Below are positions 37,864 to 49,934 of a stretch of DNA of 64,000 bases, in pieces (position 1 is the first letter of the stretch; each line of letters begins with the position of its first letter). A model generated the notes under the pieces. That model saw only the letters and a program-made list of their open reading frames with translations, made no database searches and had not been told where the DNA came from. A program made the translations under genes and the position numbers. The DNA comes from Squalus acanthias (taxonomy: Eukaryota), in assembly GCA_030390025.1 (NCBI GenBank), contig CM059447.1, forward strand, positions 16,492,001-16,556,000. Reading direction: 5' to 3'.

Positions 37864-40800
37864 TCACGTTTGGTGTCCACGCTGATGCAAGCTATAGAAG
37901 TGTGCCTCCCTCAGGATCTGATTGATTTGGAAGTACGGGCCTTGTGCAGACTGTTCACTGGAATCAGAAAACTGAAGCATAGTCGAGCTGTTGCCTGGCT
38001 TGGTCCGGCTTAAATTGGCTTCAGCTGGTAAGTGTCCATTGGGTCTGTCAGGACTGCTGATGATGCTGCTGCTGTCACTGCTCGAGGACTGCAGAAAGAA
38101 GAGAGTTTAACTGGTGAGAGCAACTCTAGAGTACTACTGGAACAGACAGTGTACACAGCTGAAACCTTTAAACACAGAAGTTAAATGTGCACATTTCCTC
38201 ATATACTGGCATCTTGGTACATCATATGGCTGTTGCAAATTGCCAGAAAACTCCTTACCTCCAGGTGAATACCAATGTCATCCCTATATATTTTAAGCAG
38301 AGAAATAATGCATGCATATGCATTCCTTTGTAAAAGTAAAAAATTAGTCAATAGCTGCAGCATTCTCTCACAGGTTGCTCCATAACCAGCTCAACAGTGT
38401 ACCATGTAAATTCAGAACTGGACAGCAGCTCAACAAATGGTAACCTTCAACACTGAGAAACTTCAGTCAAGAAACACAGTTGGATAGGCAATGTCACAGT
38501 CAAAGAATATCAAGCTCACCAGCTAAACATTTAACTTTTTGGCATCATTATATAAATTACATTGGAACAAGCAATTAGTAAAGACAGCTGGGGAAAAAAA
38601 AGAGAGACAGGCACTGGCAGAGTCGCCAGGAACCTGGGTCCTAAGCTGACATCTGCTAAATTTGGCAGGCTGGAGGGAAACCACTTCTTATTCATTACAG
38701 TCCAAATCCAGGCAAGGATGGTCTTCTCTATGCGGCAGTCATACTGGAGATCTTCCCTGCTCTATTGCGTACTCTCTATTGCTGCCTACTCTGCTCCACT
38801 CTTCATTGCTGGCTCACTGGTGTTTCTTCTGCTGTTTGAACTTCCCATTCCTATAGGATTAGAAAAGGCTGCTCCTTCATTGGTGGATCTAGATCCCAAA
38901 TTTTGAATGGCCTGCACAGCCTGTTAAAGGAGCCGCGCGGGCTAAAAAAGGTCAGAGGGACCATTGGTGTACAATCCTTCCTACCCCAATTTCCCTCTGT
39001 GCATGAGGCTGAGTCGTTCCAATTTACCTAAGTGCAGTAAGATGGAAATCTGTCCCTCATTCTTCTTTTGGGTATGGAAGGGGGCAAGGAGAGAAAATAT
39101 TAGGGATGAGGAAATTTAACAAAAATATTAGCTGAATTATCAAACTTTCTCTTATTTGTTTCCTTGATGAGGAGAGAAAGGGACAAAAACCATCTTCAAA
39201 CCATCATATTTCACATACAAATTCCATGGTTAAGATAGTCTTTTCAAACTGTATTTAGAAGATGACTACATCACCACCTAGAACTTGCTACAAGTTCACT
39301 GGCACTGTGGCCGCTGTTTTCTTGTTATGATCATGCAGTCAGGTGTGATATGGACTTCTGCCCACTGAGAAATGTGGGAACGAATTTAAATGAAGGCACC
39401 CAATATCAAGAATTCCACCCCCCCCCCCCCCCGCCATATCCAGGTTCTGATGCAGCTGAGCTGAATCTTCATAATTAACGCTTTCACCCATGTCCTTTTT
39501 TTAAATACAAAATAAAAAGGCCATATAAAACACATTGCATGTTGTGCAGAACAGCATTTTTGAGAAAAGATCAGTTACTAAAGGCATCTCCATATGTAAT
39601 TTCTAAAATAAAGAGCAGTTGTTAAAGAAAAAAAGACAAGATTTAATTTTACCAAAGCAGCTCTCCGTTAGGTAAAGTAAAATTCCAATCCCTGCTCGAA
39701 TATTAAAAGGTCCCAAGTCCTGTTGATATGCATATTTTCACCTTCCTCCCCCTCTTCCTAATAGGTAGTGATTCATGCCGGGATACTGTTGCGGAGCAGG
39801 AGCAAACCATTACCTCAACCAAGTGCCTATTCATGCGTTAGCCTGGACAGTTAGCTTTGGCAGACTATTTGACTGAAGGGCATCATCCTCAGGAGGTTAC
39901 TTAATATTACAATTTTACAATTAATTTCTAACCTCGCAGTCCCAGCTGTCTCTTGGTAGATCCTGCAGCAAAGTATTGTTGCTGAGGCGTTTCGGCGGTG
40001 GGACAGGCTGGTTTTCTTCATCGTTACAGCTCCGTCTTCGCTTCCTGAAATTGGGGGGGGGAGGGGGGGAAAGGAGAGAGAGAACAGGACCTTAATTTTA
40101 ATCTACAAACACCAATTAAGGTACACAATTCCTTAAGCTTAACCAGTCACTCTCAGTTCACTGGCTTTCTTAAGATTCTCAAAAGATGATCCTTGAATAA
40201 TAATTGGATAAAATTTTAAAGCTGTATTCAACAATTATAAAGATTGAGAATAGCAAGTTATTCAGGGCTCAGCGTGAAAGTTAATTAAAAAAAGGAGATG
40301 CCCACAGTGTTGGTGTCGTACAAAACTGATGACTATGTAGGTTAACTTGTCAGTTTGTACAGTTCAATACAGCACCGGGCGTCGCAATGTGTTTTAGCCG
40401 GGGAGGGGGGGTTGGGTTATGACCCCCTCCCATCATTTTGAGGTCAGCCAGCATGGCTTTGGGGGGGACTGCCTCCATCTCGCTCTCAGGAACCTCGGTC
40501 ACCCGTCTTCAGTCTCCAAATCTGTGCGTTCCCACTTCGGACTGAGTCAGTCGGCATTGCCCAATTCCCAGCTTCCAGATTTCCACTGCAGTGTGTGTGT
40601 GAAAAACAAAGGGTAGTAGGAATTTGGAACTCAGCCAAGCTCGAGTTCAACCCCTCACCCCGCCCCCCCCCCCACCACCAACCCTGCCAGTCGGTCAGAC
40701 CGAGCCCCCTGCCAGTGGTTTTAGCCGTGACTGCATGAAGGAGGGGGATGCTGTTTCTGGAAAATGGAATGGGTGAACATTCCAAAAAATTTTTTCTTAA

Positions 40801-43800
40801 GAACCTAAGAAATAGGAGGAGGCGGCCATATGGCCCTTCGAGCCTGCTCTAATATTCAATAAGATCCTGGCTGATCTGCTACCACAACTCTACTTTCCCG
40901 CCCTATCCCCATATCCCTTGATTCCCTTAGTGTCCATTTTGGTGAGAAATATCTTATTTGTGCTGCATTCATTGGATGGAGTTAAATATATGGGACAGCT
41001 GGTTCTGCTGCACAATCTCTAGTTGTTTTTGCTTGCTACAAGATGATAGTGTCCTGTTTAGATTCTGTACCAGCACAATCAATCAGCAATCTCTTAACTC
41101 AGTGGTAGCACCGTTACCTCTGGAGTCCCCCAAGGATCTATCCTTGGCCCCATTCTATTTCTCATCTACATGATACCCCTCGGCGATATCATCCATCAGG
41201 TTCCACATGTACGCTAATGACACTCAGCTCTATCTCACCACCATCTTTCTGCACCCCTCCACCGTCTGACTTGTCACACTGCTTGTCCGACATCCAATAT
41301 TGGATGAGCAGAAATTTACTCCAACTAAATATTGGGAAGGCTGAAGCCAGTGTCTTTGGTCCCCGCAACAAACTCTGTTCCCTGGCCACCGTTTCCATCC
41401 CTGGCAATTGTCTGAAGCTGAACCAGACTGTTCGCAACCTTGGTGTTGTGTTTGACCCCGAGATGAACTTCCGACCAGATATCTGCTCCATCAAGACTGC
41501 CTATTTCCACCTCCGTAAGATCGCCCGACTCCGACCCTGCATCAGCTCATCTGCTGCTGAAACCCTCATCCATGCCTTTATTACCTCTAGACTTGACTCT
41601 TCCAATGCTCTCCTGGCCCGCCTCCCATCCTCCACCTGACATAAACTTGTGCTCATCCAAAACTCTGCTGCCCCTATCTTAACTCGCTCCAAGTCTCGTT
41701 CACCCATCAACCATGTGCTTGCTGACCTACACTGGCTCCCGGTCCGACAACGTCTCAATTTTAAAATCCTCATCCTGGTTTTCAAATCCCGCCATGGCCT
41801 CGCCCCTCCCTATCTCTGTAACCTCCTCCAGCCCTACAAGCCTTTGAGATCGCGGTGCTCCTCCAATTCTGGCCTCTTGCACGTCCCCGATTTTAATCGC
41901 GCCATCATTGGCAGCCGTGCTTTCAGCTGCCTTGGCACCAAGCCCTGGAATTCCCTCCCTAAATTTCTCCACCTCTCTCTCCTCCTTCAAGATGCTCCTT
42001 AAAGCCTATCTCTTTGACCAAGCTTTGTGTCATCTGCCCACATATCTCCTTCTGTGGCTCGGTTTTATTGCTATCGCTCTTGCTCAGCGCCTTGGGATGT
42101 TTTGCTACATTAAAGGCGCTATATAAATGCAAGTTGTTGTTGTTGAGCCCGAAGGTTGTGGGTTCAAGCCCCACTCCAGAGCCTCGAGCACATTATCCAG
42201 ACTGACACTCCAGTGCAGTAGCCGAGGGGAGTGTTGCACTGTAGAGATGCCATCTTTCGGATGAGATGTTATACCGAGGCCATGTCTGCCCTCTCGGGTG
42301 GATATAAAAGATCCCATGGCTCTAGTCGAAGAGGAGCAGGGGAGTTATCCCGTGTCCTGGCCAATAGTTACCCCTCAACCAACACCTGAAACCAGATTAT
42401 CTGGTCATTATCTCATTGCTGTTTGTGGGGGCTTGCTGTACTCAAATTGGCTGATGCATTTCCTCATTACAACAGTGACGACACTTCAAAAGTACTTCAT
42501 GGTCTGTGAAGTGTTTTGGGACATCCTGAGGCTGTGAAAGGCGCTATATTAATGCAAGTTCCTTCTTTCAACTCAAGTCTCTAGAATGCTTCAACCATGA
42601 TTGATCTTGTGGTTTTAAAAGCATTTCCTTAGATGGCACAAGTGAACATTTTGCATCACTTACTTGGCAAGTACATACTGTACCCAAGTTCTAGTGCTGA
42701 GCCTGGCTGGCCAACATACTTGGAATGACTTTTTCTCCTGTTCTTCCAATTGCAGTTTGGCCCCAAGTTTTATTACTTAACATTTCAATCTTTGTCTCCT
42801 GCTCAAAATGTTGTTAAAACTTGAAGAATGGGCACGAATCAGCTGCAAGAATGTTTGGTTACATTTTCTGACATTATTTAGTGCAATAATGCTGCCAAAT
42901 TATGCTTTTTCTGAAGCAAGCCGCTCTATTATTTCAGCACATCCCTGTAACCTACAAAGCAATCTATAGAGACATGTGCCAATCTTAAAATGCTGCTGAA
43001 ATCTGGAACTTGTGGGACCTATTTTAGATTATGGAAATGATGCAGCTGTTTGAACACAATGCTTACTGATGTGGCAGTTCTGCAATTTTCTTCTCATACC
43101 AAACTCCAGTATCTTTTTTCTGTAAATTTCACCAGTCCTCTTGGATATGAATTTGTCACTAAAAGGGTGAGCTTCAGTGTTGGGTTGTATGCTGACAAAA
43201 CCACTAGCTTTGTCCTTCTAAATAAAATTGATGAATTGGCACAGTAAAATACCATCTCCATCAGTGTTGGCAAACTATAAAAAATACCACATTCCACTTT
43301 AACCATGCAGTTGTAAGTTGATTATTAAACTGCATTTAATTATAGTTCCACACATGTCCATCCTATTGTGAAATTGTTACCATGTGCTGGTGAACAGGAT
43401 TGTTAGCGGATATACAATTAAATACAGAACCTTAAAATTAAAGCTAGGCCGTTCAGGGGTGATGTCAGAAAGCATTTCTTCACACAAATGGTAGTGGAAA
43501 TCTGGAATTCTCTCCCCCAAAAAGTTGTTGAGGCTAGGTCAATTGAAAATTTCAAAACTGAGAGATAGATTTTTGTTAGGCAAGGGTATTAAGGGTTACG
43601 AAACCAAGGCAGGTAGATGGAGTGACGATACAGATCAGCCATGATCTAACTGAATGGCGGACCAGGCTCGAGGGGCTACTCCTGTTCCTAAATATACACG
43701 GTATAACATCAATGAATTTTTCATGTTACAGGGAGATGTCAATTTTGAAGAGAGACAAGGCAAATAAACTGCACAGTGAGGAGCCTTGTAGAACTGTCTG

Positions 43801-46800
43801 TGCTTCATAAATGATATTGCTTACAAGTCATCAGATCAGTCCACGTATTGTACCTCCGAACTCATCACCTAATGTTTGTACTATCCATATAATCATTTCT
43901 CACTGTGATAACTTCCTGCATCATTGGCCCTTCCAGTCAAGTATTGCAATATATCATAGGCTTCTTTAGTTCCACTTCTTCCTGTCTGGTGAAGCAAAAA
44001 CTGCCTGAATTGAGTTTTGCATCCGTCACAGATCAATTACACCCCATCACTGGTCATTTAGCACAACACTTAGAAGCTGATCATTTCCCTCAAAACATTG
44101 TCTTTCATTTTATGGCGCTTTGACCGTCAATGTATTTTACTCTGGGTATATGGATACACGACCCGTAATCCAGATTAGGGACAGCCATTCATTTACATCT
44201 CCTAAACTATAATCGAGACAGATTACAGAATTTATATACAGATATAGTTGTATGACCAACCCCCATATCCCATACTGTGAGAGTTGAAAGAGATCATACC
44301 TTAAGGTTATCTAGCTGGCATTTTACAAACCTAAAGCATTGTTCAGGGCCCTCCATTCAAGCAGTTGAGTTCAGCATTTCCCTCACAAATGAGGGAATCA
44401 AATAAGAAATTCTGTATTCTATACAGTAGTGTTATTCTACAAGTGCAGCAATTTAATGTCAGACATTCAATTTAATCTGTCATAAGTATTAGGATATTTC
44501 ATACTTTTCACATGTCTCTTTTCACCCATTATCCTAAAAATTTCAATGAGGGATTGAAACTAGAAATTAGGGATAGATACAACCTCAAAAAAATCTGTGT
44601 TTTTGGTAACTTGACTGAATAATTCATTGCGAGACCACACTCTTATCTCTGGAACCCAGCTATGAATGCAGCTAAGGCTGATGGGATAAAAATATGACCG
44701 TTGTACAGGTAAAGTGAATTTGTGAAATCTAAATTTAGCTCTAAGCTGATACAAGTCCACAGCAAAACTGCTTCCAACAATAACTGGTGATGGAAAACAG
44801 AAATGTGACAAGGGTGTAGAAAGGGATGTTCTGTACTTAACACTTATGGTGCATTGTAGAAGGACCTTTACCAGGTGTTAAGATATGTGTTACAGTGGCA
44901 AAGTGGGAAGATTTACCTATTATAGTAAGATTTTAACAAGGATAATGATAAACCTGAATACAGCATGCTTAAGTTTAGAGATCATGATGCGGAGATGCCG
45001 GTGTTGGACTGGGGTGGACAAAATTGAGAGGTCGCACAACACCAGGTTATAGTCCAACAGTTTTATTTGAAATCACAAGCTTTCGGAACTATCGCTCCTT
45101 CCTCAGGTGAAGAAGGAGGAGCGATAGTTCCGAAAGCTTGTGATTTCAAATAAAACTGTTGGACTATAACCTGGTGTTGTGCGACCTCTTAAGTTTAGAG
45201 AACCAGGTCCTCGGTTGGGTATTGAAGCCGAGACAGTAGGTCTCATCTTCCAAGTGCCATTCGTGAAACTCAATTGCAGAGGACATTCAACACTTCTGTT
45301 GTCCACTAAGAAATATCAGGCACACAAACTCTCATCTCAGAACACCCATAACTGCACCAGAGTGACTCCATTTCTTGTGAGTGAGACTCGACAACTGCTG
45401 CTACATTAAAAAGCAAATCTGCTTTGGACTTGTATCCATGAACAGACTGGTTTATTTCACTCATGCCTGCTAGTTCTTACACTTTCATCCCATCATTCTG
45501 GGCTGAATTTAAATCTGCATCCCGAGGAAAAAGGCTGGCATTCTAACACCAGCCTCTCAACCAGTTGCTGGCTGAGCAAAGGTTGGGGGTAAAAGTCACA
45601 GGAATTTCCAAGATTTGTTGTGTGAAATTAATCACTGTAGTAACAGAGCAAATGACCTATTTTGTAGTGCGAAGCTTTAAGATGATTTTTGGGATACTGA
45701 AATGGTACCAATCAATGGGGTTGAGTCACTTGTCCATTGATCCAGATTATCAAACATATAATTGTTGGAGTACCAAAAATGCCTGTTCCTTTAATACATC
45801 TTGTCCGTGAGGAAGGTTGACTGAAGCTCTGCTCTACCTTCTATGGGAACCTAGCCTTTGTTCTGTGAGGTTACGCATCAGAAAGAGAAAAAAAGAAAAG
45901 CAGCTAGGTAATTACTCACTTAAGGATAAACAAGCCCATTATGCACCTCCAAAATATCATCTTGATTTGGGAGTATGCTGTCTGTCTAAACAATTTCCCA
46001 GAAAAAAGACACTGCATATCTAGATAAAGAGCATGTTCCTCCTAACTGGGGGGGAAAGTCTTAGCCACAGCTAATTTTCCACACTTCATAATTTAATATG
46101 AAGGGAGTTTATTGGTTGTCTGTAAACAAACTACTGAATAAATGTGTCCACTCACTGATTCAAAGAACATTAACAAAGTGAAACTAATGGTGATGTAATT
46201 CTGATCATTTCTAATTGTATATCTTCTCAATTTATTAAAGCTGGATTATAGCGTCAGTGCTGCATCCACTCAAGGCCACAAAGCCAAAATACACCGTTTG
46301 TAGCCTGCAGGTTGAGCAAACCCAAATTCACAATGAGTTGCCACCATATTGGGGAGGAGGAGAAAAAAAAACCCAGACAATACATCTATGGCTGGGAAGG
46401 GACAATGTCCCTTTAACAAATCCCCATCCGAGGTAATATTAACGAGCACAAGGCCGGGCAGGCGAATGATGACATGAGATCGATCAGCACAAACCTTCCT
46501 TCAGTTAAATGCCTGAAAACATGCATTTACACACAAGCTGCCGCCTACGCCATTGGGCCTCGGCACTCGCTCGCGTTATTCTGCAGAATAGGGAGGCGCA
46601 GCCCGCTTTAAAGGGGGACCTGCTACAGCCGCTGACCTGCTGCCCCCGGACACTCGGGTCCCCCTCACACCGCGATAAACCTCAGGCTCGTATCCCCAGG
46701 TCTTTTTTCTCCCCCCCACCCCGGCCCCCAGATAGCCCTCCCTGGCCAAGTAACGGGGCGCCGATGTGGCTCGACCTTTGCAGCCCAACCCGAGCAACAA

Positions 46801-46931
46801 ACAGCGTCGGCCGCCGCCCATTGTGGCCCCCCCGCCCTCATGGCGTCGACGGCCGAAGAAACGCGGCGGGACCCCCGTGCCGGAGGAGTCAAGGGAAGCC
46901 AAGCTGCCACTCACCTGCCGTCTGATAACAT
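37864..46931 (-). CDS. VCF1: VCP nuclear cofactor family member 1 (FAM104A), 117 aa, 3 exons
   Basis: Exons 46931-46915 (MLSDG+AG|GTGAGT), 40044-39933 ([22 protein letters not shown]...DSWDCE) and 38088-37864 (SSSSDSSS...SPDR...[26 protein letters not shown]). It has the basic NLS-like stretch, the Ser-rich segment and the C-terminal YF.IN..LREAHF helix of FAM104 proteins. Confidence 0.93.
40797..40936 (-). mobile_element. CR1 3' terminus
   Basis: Reverse of the CR1 3' UTR (GATCAGCCA..ATC..GAGCAGGCTCGAAGGGCC..ATGG) also seen at 25287-25340. Confidence 0.75.
41110..42144 (+). mobile_element. L2-type LINE 3' fragment
   Basis: GVPQGS-like start, [32 protein letters not shown] and the same (TTG)n tail. 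Confidence 0.9.
42145..42570 (+). mobile_element. Deu-type SINE
   Basis: Box B GGTTCAAGCCC, Deu core TGCCATCTTTCGGATGAGATGTTATACCGAGG and tail GGCGCTATATTAATGCAAGTT. Confidence 0.8.
43425..43690 (+). mobile_element. CR1 3' fragment
   Basis: Similar to 25075-25350 (FFTQ.VV..WNSLP and 3' UTR). Confidence 0.8.
44982..45187 (-). mobile_element. palindromic Penelope-derived element in VCF1 intron 1
   Basis: Inverted arms at 45027-45189; TSD CTTAAGTTTAGAGA at 44968-44981 and 45188-45201; intact hammerhead core on the minus strand. Confidence 0.9.
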
Positions 46932-47770
46932 CTACCCCCGGCTGCTGCTCGCTGCGTCTGTGCCGTCCTCGGGCCAGGGGCGGGGCCGGCCCTCCGACGC
47001 GTTAATAGTGACGTGACGCGCCGTCCACAGACTGCGGCTGCGCGGTCCACAGGCTGCCACAGACTGCGGCTGCGCGGTCCACAGGCTGCCACAGACTGCG
47101 GCTGCGCGATCCACAGGCTGCCACAGACTGCGGCTGCGCGATCCACAGGCTGCCACAGACTGCGGCTGCGCGATCCACAGGCTGCCACAGACTGCGGCTG
47201 CGCGGTCCACAGGCTGCGGCTGCGCGGTCAGTACTCGGCCCAAAAATAAATTGAACCCGAAAAAGGCTGAGGCTGTTCGTAGGGAGTTCTCTGTGGGTTG
47301 GGTCCGGTAGCCTCCCGCTATCTTCCTACTGTCTCTCTCTCTTCTCCGGCTGTCGATCTCCCCCACCCCCTCTTGGAGGTCCGGGCGCGTTTCCTCCTCT
47401 GACCTCGGGACCGCCAATCTCACGGACTCCTTCGCTTTCCTGTTTACATCCCTCTGCGCATGCGCCGACGGCCCCGCCCGCCCCGCGGGGGACCCGAGAG
47501 CGGGCGGACCGGATATTCGGCCCTTGGAACAGGGAGCATGCGCGCGTCCGTCAGGCCTGGCGTTAAAGTGCGAGGTTTCTCGCAGGATCCGCTGCTGAAT
47601 GGGTGACAGGTGCCGCAGCTCAACGGCCTCATTTTCTTACAAAAAAAACCTTTCAGACAGTTTTCGTTGCTTTAAAAAAAAAATGAAGCAAGGAAAACAA
47701 ACGTAATCAGGCTCCAACCGGGCGATTAAAAAGAGTTTTAAGAGAAGATGCGGCACGTGAGTCAGAAATT
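46510..47770. promoter_or_regulatory. CpG island / bidirectional promoter shared by VCF1 and C17orf80
   Basis: Sharp rise in GC and CpG; NRF1-type TGCGCATGCGC at 47455-47465; CRE-like GTGACGTGACG at 47008-47018; CCAAT near 47414; flanked by divergent genes. Confidence 0.8.
47025..47229. repeat. 32-bp GC-rich minisatellite, 6 copies plus a partial copy
   Basis: Unit CCACAGACTGCGGCTGCGCG(G/A)TCCACAGGCTG starting at 47025, 47057, 47089, 47121, 47153 and 47185. Confidence 0.97.
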
Positions 47771-47842
47771 ATAATGTAATATCGATTGAAATAATTCAAA
47801 ATACGGTTTCTATACTTTTCATTTTAGTGGTCAAGTAGCCGT

Positions 47843-48020
47843 TACTAGCTCAGTGGTAGCACCATCACCTCTGAGTCATGAAGGTTGTGGGTTCACAGTC
47901 CCTCTCCATAGACTTGAGCACAAAAATCTAGGCTGACACTCCAGTACAGTGCTGAGGGAGTGCTGCACTGTCGGAGGTGCCGTCTTTCAGTTAAACCGAG
48001 GCCCCGTCTGCTCTCCCCGT
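47843..48020 (+). mobile_element. Deu-type SINE 5' part (tRNA-like head)
   Basis: AGCTCAGTGGTAGCA..GGTTCA..CC followed by GTGCTGCACTGTCGGAGGTGCCGTCTTTC. Confidence 0.75.
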
Positions 48021-48109
48021 GTCCCAGCCAATCCCTTACAAAGCAAAGTTGGCGGAGTACAGCTGGACTTCATATGCTGACTCAACTGAGACAAGACAAG
48101 TGTACTCTT

Positions 48110-48310
48110 CTGGTTAAAACAAAAAACTGTAACTTAACTTAAAACATTAAAAGAACCTTAACAACTTAAAATTGTATTCCCGGGCGTGATGATGCACTCC
48201 GGTGCCCACTGGTCGCGGAAGGCCTCGAGCGTGCCGGCAGACCGTGTGCTCCATCTCCAGAGCCACCCGGGTGCGAGTGTGGCCGCAGAAGAGAGGCAGG
48301 CAGTACGAGA
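48110..48310 (-). mobile_element. Tx1/L1-clade LINE 3' end
   Basis: Minus-strand ...GTLEAFRDQWAP, resembling the fish Tx1-type ORF2 C-terminus, followed by a T-rich 3' UTR. Confidence 0.55.
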
Positions 48311-49379
48311 CAAGTGTACAGTCAGAGGTTGGGAGTCAGGCTGGAGATGCCGTGAAGTATTTGTTAAAATGTCTGAGCTGAATTCTGCCAATATATATTA
48401 GAACAGTTCCCATCCTCCTCCAAAATATTTGGTCCCATGGATCAATTTTTTTTAAATGAAGGATGATGTAGCATAGCCTGTAGTAGTGTTGCAGGTGCCA
48501 TGTGTTTTGAGGTTTTGTCATTCCCTGCCCACATTTACAACAGGTCATATTTAGTACTTTTGACCAGAGGAAGTAGCTGAGCCCAAGGATTAGGAAATCT
48601 AAGATCCCACTCTCTGGACTAGAAAGGTAAGAAATAAGAAAAGATAATTTGCCCAGTCAAGTCTGCTCCTTCCACCAACCAGGGATAGTTGGCTTGGTTA
48701 TGAACTCTACCCAAGTTCTTTTAATCACCTCTGGCCTTGATTCAGAAACTGTTTAATTTCTGCCCGAGCTGGGTTATGATCCAAGTTCTTCCAAGCTAGC
48801 TGTTTCGGTCATTCGGATTTGAGCCCACCACTTCTGATCGTCTTGCCTGAAGAACAGAAAGGGATCATAAATCATCTGAGAAGCCTAGAACTAGTTGGAG
48901 CTGAAAACTAGCTGATTATAAAATCTCAAGCTGCTAGGTAGTTGCCATTTTTGCCCAGGGTCATAAGAACATTAGAATTTTTAGGTACAAGAGAAATGCT
49001 ATTGGGGCCCAACAAGGTCAAAACTAATTTATTTGAACTCATTTAAATTGCCTACTTCAATATTCTTCCATGAACCTATTTCACAAATCTATTACCCTTT
49101 GTGTAAATCAAATTATGCCCAACTTCCTTTCTTCCTCCTAATTTACTAATTCTTATCTCTCTTCCCCACCCCCCACTGAGAGTTTGAATCTTTGCCATAC
49201 TGAATAATCATGCCCAAGTGTATTCTAGTTCCTTGCTCCTGTAATGATCAACCAATAATCTACATTGAACAGCAAACACCAAACTGACTCAGCTACACAA
49301 AAGGTCCAAATCCTTTTGAATCTGGTTGCATTGTTCTTTATTATTTTCTATACTTCCTATTTTGGTATGGCACGAAGAA

Positions 49380-49934
49380 AAAAGAACGACTTGCATTTCT
49401 ATAGCGCTTTTCATGACCTCAGGACGCCCCAAAGCGCTTTACAGCCAATGAAGCACTTTTTCTGAAGTGTAGTCACTGTTGTAATGTAGGAAACGCGACA
49501 GCCAATTTGCACACAGCAAGCTCCCACAAACAGCAATGACATAATGGCCAAATAATCATTTTTTTTAGTGATGTTGATTGAGGGATAAATATTGGCCAGG
49601 ACAAAGAGTAACTCCCCTGCTCTTCAAATAGTGGTCATGATGCGGAGATGCCGGTGTTGGACTGGGGTGGACAAAATTGAGAGGTCGCACAACACCAGGT
49701 TATAGTCCAACAGTTTTATTTGAAATCACAAGCTTTCGGAGCTTACTTCAAATAGTGCCATGGGATCTTTTATGCCCGCCTGAGAGCAGATGCGGCCTTG
49801 GTTTAACATCTCATCTGATCAGTGCAGCACTCCCTCAGTACTGCACTGGAGCGTCAGCCTAGATTTTTGTGTTCATGAACCCACAACTTCTGACTCAGAG
49901 GCAAGAGTGCTACCAACTGAGCCACGGCTGACAC
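49380..49934 (-). mobile_element. Deu-type SINE, split by the Penelope fragment
   Basis: Tail ACTTGCATTTCTATAGCGC at the left; head ACCAACTGAGCCACGGCTGAC at the right. Confidence 0.8.
49634..49745 (-). mobile_element. single-arm Penelope terminal fragment nested in a SINE
   Basis: Nearly identical to 44982-45087; TSD CTTCAAATAGTG at 49622-49633 and 49746-49757. Confidence 0.88.

Noticed and set aside
47025-47229. CRISPR-like array of 32-bp repeats
   Set aside because: Units are directly adjacent with no unique spacers, the context is eukaryotic and there are no cas genes; it is a minisatellite.
46509-47632. Several overlapping 60-160 aa ORFs
   Set aside because: By-products of the GC-rich CpG island and tandem repeat; only the 17-nt VCF1 coding exon is supported.
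47843-47910. tRNA gene
   Set aside because: The A/B boxes run directly into a Deu-type SINE core and there is no complete cloverleaf.
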